A stretch of DNA of 64,000 bases from contig JABDCH010000002.1 of NCBI GenBank assembly GCA_013288205.1, positions 1,213 to 65,212 of the forward strand, written 5' to 3'. The notes below the pieces were generated by a model. It saw nothing but the letters and a program-made list of their open reading frames with translations, was not told the origin of the DNA and did not search any database. The stretch comes from Bacteroidota bacterium. Its GTDB lineage: Bacteria > Bacteroidota > Bacteroidia > JABEUT01. The translations under genes and the position numbers were made by a program. This document shows positions 34,505 to 41,866 of the stretch, one piece after another (the first letter of the stretch is position 1; each line of letters starts with the position of its first letter).

Positions 34505-36760
34505 TTATTCCTTGATGAATTTTTTTACTACCGACATGTCGTCGTTGTATAATCGCAACAGGTAGTCTCCGGAAGGAAGCGAGGAGACGGGCAGTACTAA
34601 AAGTTGGTTATTGTATTCTGTTTTGGCTACTACTTGTCCCAGCATATTGTAAACTTCTACATAAATGGTGTTGCCGGTATTAATAGCAGTACTATTTATA
34701 TAAAGGTTGTTATTGGTTGGGTTAGGATAAATTTGGAATTCGCCTGAAGCAGAGCTTACCGATGCAACACCTGTTGCTATGGTATGTTGGTCGAATACAG
34801 CAAATGGGCTCATGGAAGTTAAATTGGTCCTGGTAACACTGTATAAGCCTCCGGCGAAAGTAGCTGTCATGCTATCACCTATATCATCCCAGCTTGTAAG
34901 AAAGTGTGAAATATAGTCGTCTGTATGCACAAAGCCATTTACCTCGGCAGATGCCTGCCATGATAATTGCATATTGGCGTTTAACCCAGAACCAATATTA
35001 TCTTGAAAAAACCAGGTGCCATTAACCACAGGCTCGTAATTGGAAATTTCTACTCCGGTAAGTCCATTTGAATATACTCCCGCAGATGCATTTACTCCAA
35101 TGGTTCCAACTGCCGAGCCTGGATTCAGGTTGATAGATGCAGGGAAATAATTGGTTTGCGTACCTATATAGAACATTGTATTGTTGTTTACAGTTGCAAA
35201 CATGGTAAGGAATCCACCTGGGCCAGTAATTACATAGGCATTGGAGTTGGCTCCGTTTATGGAAGCGGCAGTGCCAATCATCAGGTTATTACCTTGCACA
35301 TCCAGGTGGCCTCCGGTGAATGTAAGCCCCCCATTTACTTCGAGGTTAGAACCCAATTTAAGTTCTCCTCCTCCGCCAACATTAATAGTTAAATTGTTTA
35401 CCGTATCGGCAGTCGCTTGAAATGAAAGTGCGCCCATTAATGAAGCCGAACTGCTAACCATGATGTTGGAGGAAGCATTAGAAACAATTACACCTGTGCC
35501 GTTTGCAGCAATACCCGCATTGATAATAAGGTTGTGGGCATTAAGTGTAAGCATACCACTTTGCAGGCTCAAGGTATCAACTGTTAAGTCCATACCAAGT
35601 GCTGCCATATTTGAGTTTCCAATGTTTAGCATAAACTTGCCCATGCTATTTCCTGTTACCTTAATAGAACCTGTGATGGAATTATTGCCTGTGAAGCTCA
35701 GTTGTGTACCTGGGTTTACTACTAAACTTCCAGTGCCATTCAGGTCGCCACCAATGGTGAGCGATTCTCCATTAATATTTAATTGACTGCCATTTGCAAT
35801 GGTAAGAGTTCCGTGAACATTCAGATTAGATCCGAGTTGAACAGAATTTCCCGCGCCTACATTAATGTTTAAGTTACCCAAATCCTGAGAATTGTTTGGA
35901 AACGATACAGCTGCTGCAACTCCACCTACCGTATTAATAGCTAAGTTGGAAGATGCTGAACCTGCAATCATTACATTGCCAGCTAAGGCTCCATTTACAG
36001 TAAGGTTGGAACCATTCAGCGATAATGCACCAGTGATAAAATTCAAGGAATCATTGGTAGTCACATTGGAAGAAAGCGTTAAGGTATTCCCTGCTCCTAT
36101 ATTCAGCTTAACTTTTCGTAATCCGCTGCCGCTTAATTCGGCTCCTGCATTAAGTGAGCCTGGCATGTAGGATACATTATAATTAGAGCTCAGGTTAAGA
36201 TTACCGCCCGTAACAATAATTTCTCCACCGGTAACATCTATGTTGGAGTTATTCCCCATAGTGATGGAACCTCCAAGTATTATATTTACCCCGGCAGGCA
36301 ATTCAAGTGCATCGTTTACAGTTATCTGGGATGAATTACTGAAGCTTACAATGGCATTGGTAAGCGTGTCTACAGTAACGGAACCCGAAAACGTGAACAA
36401 GCTCCCTGCGCTCAACATAACATTCGATGCATTGACAGACCCTGAACCTGTAATACTACCCGACAGTACATTTAATTTAATGTACGGATTGCCCGATAAA
36501 GTTCCTCCGACTGCAATGGAGGCAAGCGGATTATTTAAGGTAACATTTTGATCCATTGTTACGGTAATTCCGGCCACAACACTGACTTGGTCGGCACCGG
36601 TAATATTAAATGGAGGTGCTGAGCCACCCCATGTTGCTGCACTGCTCCAGTTACCTGAAGCTACTGCGGTATAGGTAGTTCCAAAAGCTACGTTACCGAC
36701 CATTAATAGAGCTGCTAAAAGCGAAACGACTTTTAATGGGTTTTGTACTTTCTTTTTCAT
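34505..36760 (-). CDS. T9SS type-A sorting-domain cargo; Asn/Gly/Ser/Thr-rich beta-helix-like repeat protein (putative adhesin)
   Basis: 751 aa with a signal peptide. The C-terminal ~75 aa, 'FQIYPNPTNNNLYI...VEVYNMLGQVV....LPSGDYLLRL.......KKFIKE', match the Por/T9SS C-terminal domain pattern. Four ~80-aa repeats of the type 'LNI..GAGN.L.LGSNL.V.G.LT...G.L.L.G.NL.I.G' are present. Confidence 0.75.
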   Translation of the reverse strand: MKKKVQNPLKVVSLLAALLMVGNVAFGTTYTAVASGNWSSAATWGGSAPPFNITGADQVSVVAGITVTMDQNVTLNNPLASIAVGGTLSGNPYIKLNVLSGSITGSGSVNASNVMLSAGSLFTFSGSVTVDTLTNAIVSFSNSSQITVNDALELPAGVNIILGGSITMGNNSNIDVTGGEIIVTGGNLNLSSNYNVSYMPGSLNAGAELSGSGLRKVKLNIGAGNTLTLSSNVTTNDSLNFITGALSLNGSNLTVNGALAGNVMIAGSASSNLAINTVGGVAAAVSFPNNSQDLGNLNINVGAGNSVQLGSNLNVHGTLTIANGSQLNINGESLTIGGDLNGTGSLVVNPGTQLSFTGNNSITGSIKVTGNSMGKFMLNIGNSNMAALGMDLTVDTLSLQSGMLTLNAHNLIINAGIAANGTGVIVSNASSNIMVSSSASLMGALSFQATADTVNNLTINVGGGGELKLGSNLEVNGGLTFTGGHLDVQGNNLMIGTAASINGANSNAYVITGPGGFLTMFATVNNNTMFYIGTQTNYFPASINLNPGSAVGTIGVNASAGVYSNGLTGVEISNYEPVVNGTWFFQDNIGSGLNANMQLSWQASAEVNGFVHTDDYISHFLTSWDDIGDSMTATFAGGLYSVTRTNLTSMSPFAVFDQHTIATGVASVSSASGEFQIYPNPTNNNLYINSTAINTGNTIYVEVYNMLGQVVAKTEYNNQLLVLPVSSLPSGDYLLRLYNDDMSVVKKFIKE

Positions 36761-36790
36761 AATTTTTATAGATTAGGCGTTATTTGAACC

Positions 36791-36798
36791 CAAATCTA
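36791..36798 (-). promoter_or_regulatory. -7 box TAGATTTG (minus strand) for the T9SS cargo gene
   Basis: Plus-strand CAAATCTA, 30 nt upstream of ATG 36760. Confidence 0.4.
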
Positions 36799-36982
36799 TA
36801 ACCACCTTATACCGATAAGATAAATTTTCGATTAAGGTGGATTTTTGAAAGTTGAAATAGCGTAAAGCTCATGTAAAACTTACCTGTGACTCTTTGAAAA
36901 ACCGGGGAATGATCTTTCCGGGCTGCTATTATTTCAAAGCACTTGGGTAACTGATAGGATATCAGCAATTACAGGGAAATTT

Positions 36983-37687
36983 TCAGGAAATAAAATTGAG
37001 CTTTTGAGTCAGACCTTCTTTATAATTTGGCCCGAGGGGGATGCGTTCATCATTCATCAGGAAGATGGTAGCTTCTTGTATATTTTTTACATTGTCGAGT
37101 TGCACAATATACGAGCGATGCACCCGGGCAAATTTGTTGGCAGGCAATTTATTCTCAATTGATTTCAGTGTTATATGCAAAAGGTAATCTTTAGCGAGGG
37201 TGTGTATTTTTACGTAGTCGCCAATTGATTCAATCCATAAGGTATCCTGCACCAGTACTTTTTTCATGGTGAAATCGCTCTTTACGAAAAAGTACTGGAT
37301 GTTTTTAGGCACGCTAATAGCTATCGCAAGCGCTTTTTCAAAGCTCTTCTGGGCGCGGATAACGGCTTTAACAAAGCGCGGAAGGGTAATCGGTTTTATT
37401 AAATAATCAATCACATCGTAGTCAAATGCTTCTACGGCATATTTTTTATGTGAAGTAGTAACAATTATTTCAGGTCTTGTTTCAAGGCTTGAAAGGAATT
37501 CTAACCCATTCATTTCAGGCATCTCCACATCCAGGAATACGAGGTTAACCTCACCTGTATTTAATATGGTAAGTGCGTCGGTTCCGCTCCGGAAAGTACC
37601 GATCAATTTTATTTTATCGACTTGCCTAATAAGTTGCGAAAGAACTTCACTCGAGCTTTCATCGTCGTCAATAATAATGGCGTTCAT
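36983..37687 (-). CDS. LytTR-family response regulator (REC + LytTR DNA-binding domain)
   Basis: I prefer the start at MNAIIIDDDE. 'LVFLDVEMPEMNG' is the receiver phosphoacceptor region. The C-terminal 'FARVHRSYIV.L..V' is the LytTR motif. No histidine kinase is adjacent. Confidence 0.85.
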   Translation of the reverse strand: MNAIIIDDDESSSEVLSQLIRQVDKIKLIGTFRSGTDALTILNTGEVNLVFLDVEMPEMNGLEFLSSLETRPEIIVTTSHKKYAVEAFDYDVIDYLIKPITLPRFVKAVIRAQKSFEKALAIAISVPKNIQYFFVKSDFTMKKVLVQDTLWIESIGDYVKIHTLAKDYLLHITLKSIENKLPANKFARVHRSYIVQLDNVKNIQEATIFLMNDERIPLGPNYKEGLTQKLNFIS

Positions 37688-37694
37688 AGATATG

Positions 37695-37733
37695 AAATAG
37701 AAAATACGCTGCAAATATATGACTATTGCAGCG
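37695..37733 (-). terminator. Hairpin terminator after the tRNA-Leu pair, overlapping the LytTR regulator promoter
   Basis: CGCTGCAA (37707-14) pairs with TTGCAGCG (37726-33), 8 bp perfect. On the minus strand it is followed by TATTTTCTATTT. It lies 43 nt after the tRNA 3' end. Confidence 0.5.
37712..37719 (-). promoter_or_regulatory. -7 box TATATTTG (minus strand) for the LytTR regulator
   Basis: Plus-strand CAAATATA, 24 nt upstream of ATG 37687. It is embedded in the hairpin above. Confidence 0.4.
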
Positions 37734-37775
37734 TTATTGTGTAAATATAGAATGGGAGAATGACCGATTATAAAG

Positions 37776-37859
37776 TGCCCGGAGAGAGACTCGAACTCTC
37801 AAGGATGTGACTCCAACGGCTTCTGAGACCGCAACGTTTGCCAATTTCGCCATCCGGGC
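37776..37859 (-). tRNA. tRNA-Leu (anticodon CAG)
   Basis: Hand-folded 84-nt type II cloverleaf. Acceptor GCCCGGA/TCCGGGC with discriminator A. Anticodon loop CU-CAG-AA. Long variable arm. T arm GAGAG-TTCGAGT-CTCTC. No encoded CCA. Confidence 0.9.
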
Positions 37860-37865
37860 TTTTAT

Positions 37866-37922
37866 AGCTAAAAGTTAAGAACTAAGAGCTAAGAATCATG
37901 ATAATACTCCTAACTCTTAGCT
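37866..37922 (-). repeat. Inter-tRNA spacer hairpin built from heptamer words (..TAAGA / TCTTA..)
   Basis: GTTAAGA ACTAAGA GCTAAGA ATCATGA TAATACT CCTAACT CTTAGCT show 7-nt periodicity. AGCTAAGA (37887-94) pairs with TCTTAGCT (37915-22). Confidence 0.7.
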
Positions 37923-37928
37923 TGCTTG

Positions 37929-38012
37929 TGCCCGAAGCGAGACTCGAACTCGCACACCGTCACCGGCGCCACCCCCTCAAAGTGGTGCGTCTACCAATTT
38001 CGCCATCCGGGC
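37929..38012 (-). tRNA. tRNA-Leu (anticodon GAG)
   Basis: Hand-folded 84-nt type II cloverleaf. Acceptor GCCCGGA/TTCGGGC (one G-U) with discriminator A. Anticodon stem CCACT/GGTGG. Loop UU-GAG-GG. Variable arm CGCCG-GTGA-CGGTG. T arm GCGAG-TTCGAGT-CTCGC. No encoded CCA. Confidence 0.9.
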
Positions 38013-38020
38013 TTTTTTCA

Positions 38021-38080
38021 GCTAAAAAGTAAGAGCTAAGAATGAAGAATAAAATACGCTACTCTTATCTCTTAGTTGCT
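38021..38080 (-). repeat. tRNA leader hairpin built from the same heptamer words
   Basis: TAAGAGCTAAGA (38030-41) pairs with TCTTATCTCTTA (38063-74), 12 bp with one mismatch. The left arm, AGCTAAAAAGTAAGAGCTAAGAAT, is a near-copy of the inter-tRNA spacer arm. Confidence 0.7.
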
Positions 38081-38104
38081 ACCTCATATCTTTTTAAAGG
38101 GGTG

Positions 38105-38112
38105 CAAATATA
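38105..38112 (-). promoter_or_regulatory. -7 box TATATTTG (minus strand) for the tRNA-Leu(GAG)-tRNA-Leu(CAG) transcript
   Basis: Plus-strand CAAATATA, 92 nt upstream of the first tRNA 5' end (38012). Confidence 0.4.
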
Positions 38113-38196
38113 ATCACAGATTTAATATATCATCAGAAACTGCATAATAAATATGGAAACTCTTTAGTATAGAGGCTGCTTTGTCTAAGATTATAC

Positions 38197-38227
38197 AAAA
38201 AAAAAGGGAACAATATAAATTGTCCCC
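38197..38227 (-). terminator. Rho-independent terminator after the RRM protein gene
   Basis: On the minus strand, GGGGACAAT-TTAT-ATTGTTCCC is followed by T9 (plus-strand stems 38206-14 / 38219-27, A-run 38197-38205). Confidence 0.8.
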
Positions 38228-38257
38228 CTTGGTAAGTATTAGGCTATATAGTATAAC

Positions 38258-38584
38258 TTAGTCTCTGTATTCGTTGTCGCCGTGGCTGCTTTTACGGAAG
38301 TTGTTTCTGTGACCACCACCACCGCCGCCGTTGCCGCCTTCGGTTCTGGGCTTTGCAACTGAAACAGTAATGTTACGGCCTTCGAAGTCTCTTTGATCGA
38401 GTTCTCCGATTGCTCTTTGGCCATCTTCATCGTTTTTCATTTCTACGAAACCAAACCCGCGGGATTTCCCCGAAAATTTGTCGGTGATAACCTTAGAAGA
38501 TACTACCTCACCATATCTTTCGAATAAGGTTTTCAAGTCTTCACTGCGAACTTTGAAGTTCAAATTAGATACAAAAATGTTCAT
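38258..38584 (-). CDS. RRM-type RNA-binding protein with Gly-rich C-terminal tail
   Basis: 108 aa. 'IFVSNL' is RNP-2 and 'SRGFGFVEM' is RNP-1. The tail is 'GGNGGGGGGHRNN'. Confidence 0.9.
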   Translation of the reverse strand: MNIFVSNLNFKVRSEDLKTLFERYGEVVSSKVITDKFSGKSRGFGFVEMKNDEDGQRAIGELDQRDFEGRNITVSVAKPRTEGGNGGGGGGHRNNFRKSSHGDNEYRD

Positions 38585-38694
38585 GATAATAAAATAAAAT
38601 TGATTAATAAAAAAATTCTAATCTAAAACCTGAACATTGGTAACGAGGGTGTAATTTTTTCGCCATTCTTGCTTTGATTTTAGACAATTGGTTG

Positions 38695-38702
38695 CAAATG
38701 TA
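38695..38702 (-). promoter_or_regulatory. -7 box TACATTTG (minus strand) for the RRM protein gene
   Basis: Plus-strand CAAATGTA, 110 nt upstream of ATG 38584, which implies a ~100-nt leader. Confidence 0.4.
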
Positions 38703-38922
38703 ATATTTTTCTTATCATTTATACGAAAATCCGTGCTGTCTATCTTTATTTTACAGGTATAAGGATATACATGCCATTTATTTGCTTAATTGTAATATAT
38801 TGATAATCTGAATGCTATGTTTTTATCAAATGGGGTGCGATACCAGCTATCTATATAGCATTCTTTTTGTAAAATATTCTGAATAGGGGTTAAATCGCCA
38901 TACCGTATTAGCCTGCATTCAT

Positions 38923-38930
38923 TATTTTTG
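38923..38930 (+). promoter_or_regulatory. -7 box TATTTTTG for gldD
   Basis: TAnnTTTG match 20 nt upstream of ATG 38951. Confidence 0.4.
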
Positions 38931-38950
38931 CCAATCCTGCAAATAAATAA

Positions 38951-39556
38951 ATGAAGCCACTTTACATACGAATTATATCCCTGGTGTTCCTTGCAAGCAT
39001 ATTCCTTGCCGGATGCACAGGGAATACTGACTACCGGCCCAAAAGAACGGGATATTTCCGCATCACCTTGCCCGAAAGGAAGTATACCTTATATAACTCC
39101 ACATGTCCCTTTACTTTTGAATATCCGGCTTATGCCTTTGTTATACCCGATACTGCTTCAGGGAGGCATCCCTATTGGCTGAATGTCGTATTTCCGCGCT
39201 TTAAATGCAATATATATATGAGCTACCTGACGATAGATACTAGTCTGTCTGTTTATGTGGAAGAATGCAGGAGGTTTGTGGTAGAGCATGAAATTAAAGC
39301 ATCGGCTATTAATGAGCAGCAGGTAATGAACACAAAGGACAGAATATTCGGAACGATATATGATATTGAAGGAAATGCTGCTTCTAATATGCAGTTCTAC
39401 CTCACTGATAGTACCCATCATTTTGTGAGGGGGGCATTGTATTTTTATGCGGTTCCAAATAAAGACTCTCTGCAGCCGGTAGTTAATTTTGTGAAAGAAG
39501 ACATAAAGCATTTAATAGAGACCTTTCGGTGGAAGAACTCCACAACTACCCCTTAG
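38951..39556 (+). CDS. gldD: Gliding-motility lipoprotein GldD-like
   Basis: 201 aa. Lipobox 'FLAGC' followed by 'YRPKRTGYFRITLPERKY......CPFTFEYPAYA', which resembles the GldD N-terminal region as I remember it. Confidence 0.5.
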   Translation: MKPLYIRIISLVFLASIFLAGCTGNTDYRPKRTGYFRITLPERKYTLYNSTCPFTFEYPAYAFVIPDTASGRHPYWLNVVFPRFKCNIYMSYLTIDTSLSVYVEECRRFVVEHEIKASAINEQQVMNTKDRIFGTIYDIEGNAASNMQFYLTDSTHHFVRGALYFYAVPNKDSLQPVVNFVKEDIKHLIETFRWKNSTTTP

Positions 39557-39564
39557 TATTAACT

Positions 39565-40671
39565 ATGAAATATATTCGCAGCGCTCTATTATTGTTTTGT
39601 GCAATTGTTTTGTTCCGGCCTGATGGTAAATGCCAGGATAGTGTCCGTACCGGTTCATGGGTAACACTCGATTTACACTACGGTTTTATTCTGCCGCTAT
39701 ACACAAGTAGCATGAATATACTTATAGAGGGGCATGTACCTGCCTTTGAACTCGATTATACGATTAAGCCTGCTTCGCAGGATAATTGGTTAAATGCTTA
39801 CCACTGCCCTGAAGTGGGTATCGCTCTTTTTGATGCATACCTAAATAACCCAGCTCAATTGGGTACCGAATATGGCGCATATCCTTTTATCAACTTTCAT
39901 TTAAAGCAAAGTTTCAAGGAAGGGCTCTACTTCCGGGTGGGGATAGGACTATCCTATTTTCCAACCATATTTAATGCATTCGATAATCATAAAAATGATG
40001 TGATAGGTTCGCATCTGGATGCCATGGTTAATTTACGGTTAGATTATCATATTTATCTATCTAAAACCATTCGGCTGGAAACCGGGATTGGTGTGACCCA
40101 TTGCTCTAACGGGGCTTACCAAACCCCAAATTTAGGTATCAACCTGATTACCGCGAATGCAGGTCTTTCCTATTGTATTGGCAATGCTGGCAAGTGCGCT
40201 GTAAAAGCATTTACCGATACAACAAAAACGAAAAAAACAGAAAATGAATTTTTTGCGGCTGTAGGTGGTTCAGAAGTGGAGCCCCCGGGCGGAAAACGCT
40301 ACCTGGATGTTACATTATCTTATATTGCTTTTCGCAGGTTAAGCAGCAAAAGCAAACTGGGTGTTGGTTTAGATGTTTTCAATAACCAGGCAAACGCTGA
40401 AAGGCTAAGAGCAGACAGTGTAACCCTGAAGAATAATTTTTCGGCAACCCAATTCGGATTAAAAGCAGCCTATGAATTAATGCTTGGCAATTTATCATTA
40501 CCCCTGGAAATGGGCGGATATCTATATACTAAGTACAATGGCAATGGCTATATGTATAACCGGATAGGAATCCGGTACTATGCGGGGAAACATCTTATTG
40601 CAAACCTTACCTTACTTACGCATTTTGCCAAGGCCGATTTTATAGAGTGGGGGGTAGGATATAAATTATAA
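39565..40671 (+). CDS. PagL-like acyloxyacyl hydrolase / lipid A deacylase-family outer-membrane protein
   Basis: I prefer the start at MKYIRSALLL (signal peptide). Beta-barrel-like pattern. 'GVTHCSNG' fits the His-x-Ser-Asn catalytic motif of PagL-type deacylases. It lies 8 nt after gldD. Confidence 0.45.
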   Translation: MKYIRSALLLFCAIVLFRPDGKCQDSVRTGSWVTLDLHYGFILPLYTSSMNILIEGHVPAFELDYTIKPASQDNWLNAYHCPEVGIALFDAYLNNPAQLGTEYGAYPFINFHLKQSFKEGLYFRVGIGLSYFPTIFNAFDNHKNDVIGSHLDAMVNLRLDYHIYLSKTIRLETGIGVTHCSNGAYQTPNLGINLITANAGLSYCIGNAGKCAVKAFTDTTKTKKTENEFFAAVGGSEVEPPGGKRYLDVTLSYIAFRRLSSKSKLGVGLDVFNNQANAERLRADSVTLKNNFSATQFGLKAAYELMLGNLSLPLEMGGYLYTKYNGNGYMYNRIGIRYYAGKHLIANLTLLTHFAKADFIEWGVGYKL

Positions 40672-40685
40672 ATCATGAAAGCTGA

Positions 40686-41426
40686 ATGAGAAAGCCCTGG
40701 TGGATAATAGGAATACTGATTGGTTTGTTAAACAGTTGCAAGGCTCCTGTGTGCGATTGTTTTGACAGTGCAGGCAAACCCGGCTCACAGGTTCGTGAAG
40801 TGCCTTTTTTTACTCAAATAGTAACGAACGATAATGTCAACGTGCATATCAACGTGGGCAACCCCGAAAAGGTAACTATTGAAGGCGGTGGTAATCTCCT
40901 TTCCAATATAAGTGCCAATGTAAGTGGCGGAGTTCTTACATTCCACAACAATAATATTTGCAATTGGTTGAGGAGCTATAAAAAAAGTGGCATTGATGTA
41001 TACATAACCATGCCTCAGCTCACCTCCATAACCAATTCTGGGTATGGAACAGTATATAGCCAGGGAATTCTTACCTTCGATTCACTGGAACTATATACAA
41101 CCAATTCCCCGGGCGATATTAATCTTACCGTCAATTCGAAATATATTAATGCACACATGTTTGGGACCGCCGACCTAACACTTTCAGGGCAGTGTGAGAA
41201 TTTCTTTACCAATTATTTTGGCGGAACCGGATTTGTATATAACAGCAACCTGGTTGTGTCTAATTACGCCTATGTTTCTTCGAATACAACCGGCGATTGT
41301 TATGTGAATTGTTCAGGTGGCACGCTGGCCGTTAAAATTTCCGGGGAGGGAAATGTATATTATTCCGGTTCCCCTGTGGTTCAATATATATCTGGGAGTG
41401 GTTCCGGCCAATTGATAAGGGAATAG
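40686..41426 (+). CDS. DUF2807 / head GIN-domain (putative auto-transporter adhesin head) lipoprotein
   Basis: 246 aa. Lipobox 'LLNSC'. Repeated 'V....G.G.V.Y.G.P' beta-helix-like pattern ending in 'GEGNVYYSGSP'. Confidence 0.5.
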   Translation: MRKPWWIIGILIGLLNSCKAPVCDCFDSAGKPGSQVREVPFFTQIVTNDNVNVHINVGNPEKVTIEGGGNLLSNISANVSGGVLTFHNNNICNWLRSYKKSGIDVYITMPQLTSITNSGYGTVYSQGILTFDSLELYTTNSPGDINLTVNSKYINAHMFGTADLTLSGQCENFFTNYFGGTGFVYNSNLVVSNYAYVSSNTTGDCYVNCSGGTLAVKISGEGNVYYSGSPVVQYISGSGSGQLIRE

Positions 41427-41526
41427 CCTTGTGCCGGGCTATTGTTAATGAAGCGCTCTTCATGTTGTCTTCATAAAGTATTATTTTCTTTGGAATACAT
41501 TTAAGTGACGAATAACTATTTCGGGT

Positions 41527-41730
41527 ATGAAAAAGCTTACTATCCTTGCAATTGCTGTTATTATTTTTTCAGGTGCTGCAGGTGCTTCTTCATACCAGGC
41601 TGCAAAACCTACACCGGATAATAAAACAAAAACAGTCAAGAAGCCTGTTAAAAAGGATGTTAAAAAGGTTCCGCACCGTACAACATCTGCCAAGAAAGCT
41701 ACTACTAACGCTAAGAACGTTACCAAATAA
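41527..41730 (+). CDS. Small secreted lysine-rich protein (hypothetical)
   Basis: 67 aa. Signal peptide 'MKKLTILAIAVIIFSGAAGA' followed by a 'KPVKKDVKKVP...KKATTNAKNVTK' tail. It has its own terminator 28 nt downstream. Confidence 0.4.
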   Translation: MKKLTILAIAVIIFSGAAGASSYQAAKPTPDNKTKTVKKPVKKDVKKVPHRTTSAKKATTNAKNVTK

Positions 41731-41757
41731 ACCAGATTTCCAACACAAACTCAAAAG

Positions 41758-41787
41758 TCCTTGTCACAACCGGCAGGGATTTTTTTA
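41758..41787 (+). terminator. Rho-independent terminator after the small Lys-rich ORF
   Basis: TCCTTG (41758-63) pairs with CAGGGA (41774-79) with one G-U, followed by T7 (41780-86). Confidence 0.55.
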
Positions 41788-41834
41788 TTTAACAATTATT
41801 AATCTAGATTTAAGGTCTCAATAAGTGGCAGCTC

Positions 41835-41842
41835 TATATTTG
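41835..41842 (+). promoter_or_regulatory. -7 box TATATTTG for the two-component operon
   Basis: TAnnTTTG match 24 nt upstream of ATG 41867. A perfect 10-bp palindrome, AATCTAGATT, lies at 41801-41810 in the -33 zone. Confidence 0.4.
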
Positions 41843-41866
41843 CTTACTTTTGATAAAATGGCCGGT

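Noticed and set aside
34213-34552. ORFs 34213..34467 (-) and 34286..34552 (+) in the spacer between the T9SS cargo gene and DUF6089 paralog 2.
   Set aside because: They overlap each other and the cargo gene's terminator hairpin (34442-58). The plus-strand ORF runs into the cargo gene's 3' end. I see no recognisable motifs or promoter boxes. The region is better explained as terminator plus leader.
36802-36840. Hairpin CCACCTTA-N23-TAAGGTGG between the LytTR regulator and the T9SS cargo gene, considered as the regulator's terminator.
   Set aside because: The 23-nt loop is large and the T-tract is weak on the minus strand (TTATAGATTTG). It also overlaps the cargo gene's promoter zone. The evidence is too ambiguous to call it a terminator or an operator.
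37776-38012. tRNA-Leu pair as an integration hotspot for a genomic island or prophage.
   Set aside because: There is no integrase, no direct repeat of a tRNA 3' end and no phage or transposon gene on either side. The neighbours are ordinary envelope and regulatory genes.
38239-38430. 63-aa ORF overlapping the 3' half of the RRM protein gene in another frame. Likewise ORFs 41481..41726 (-) and 41546..41824 (+), which overlap the small Lys-rich gene.
   Set aside because: These are by-products of biased (Gly-rich or Lys-rich) codon composition. They have no independent start signals.
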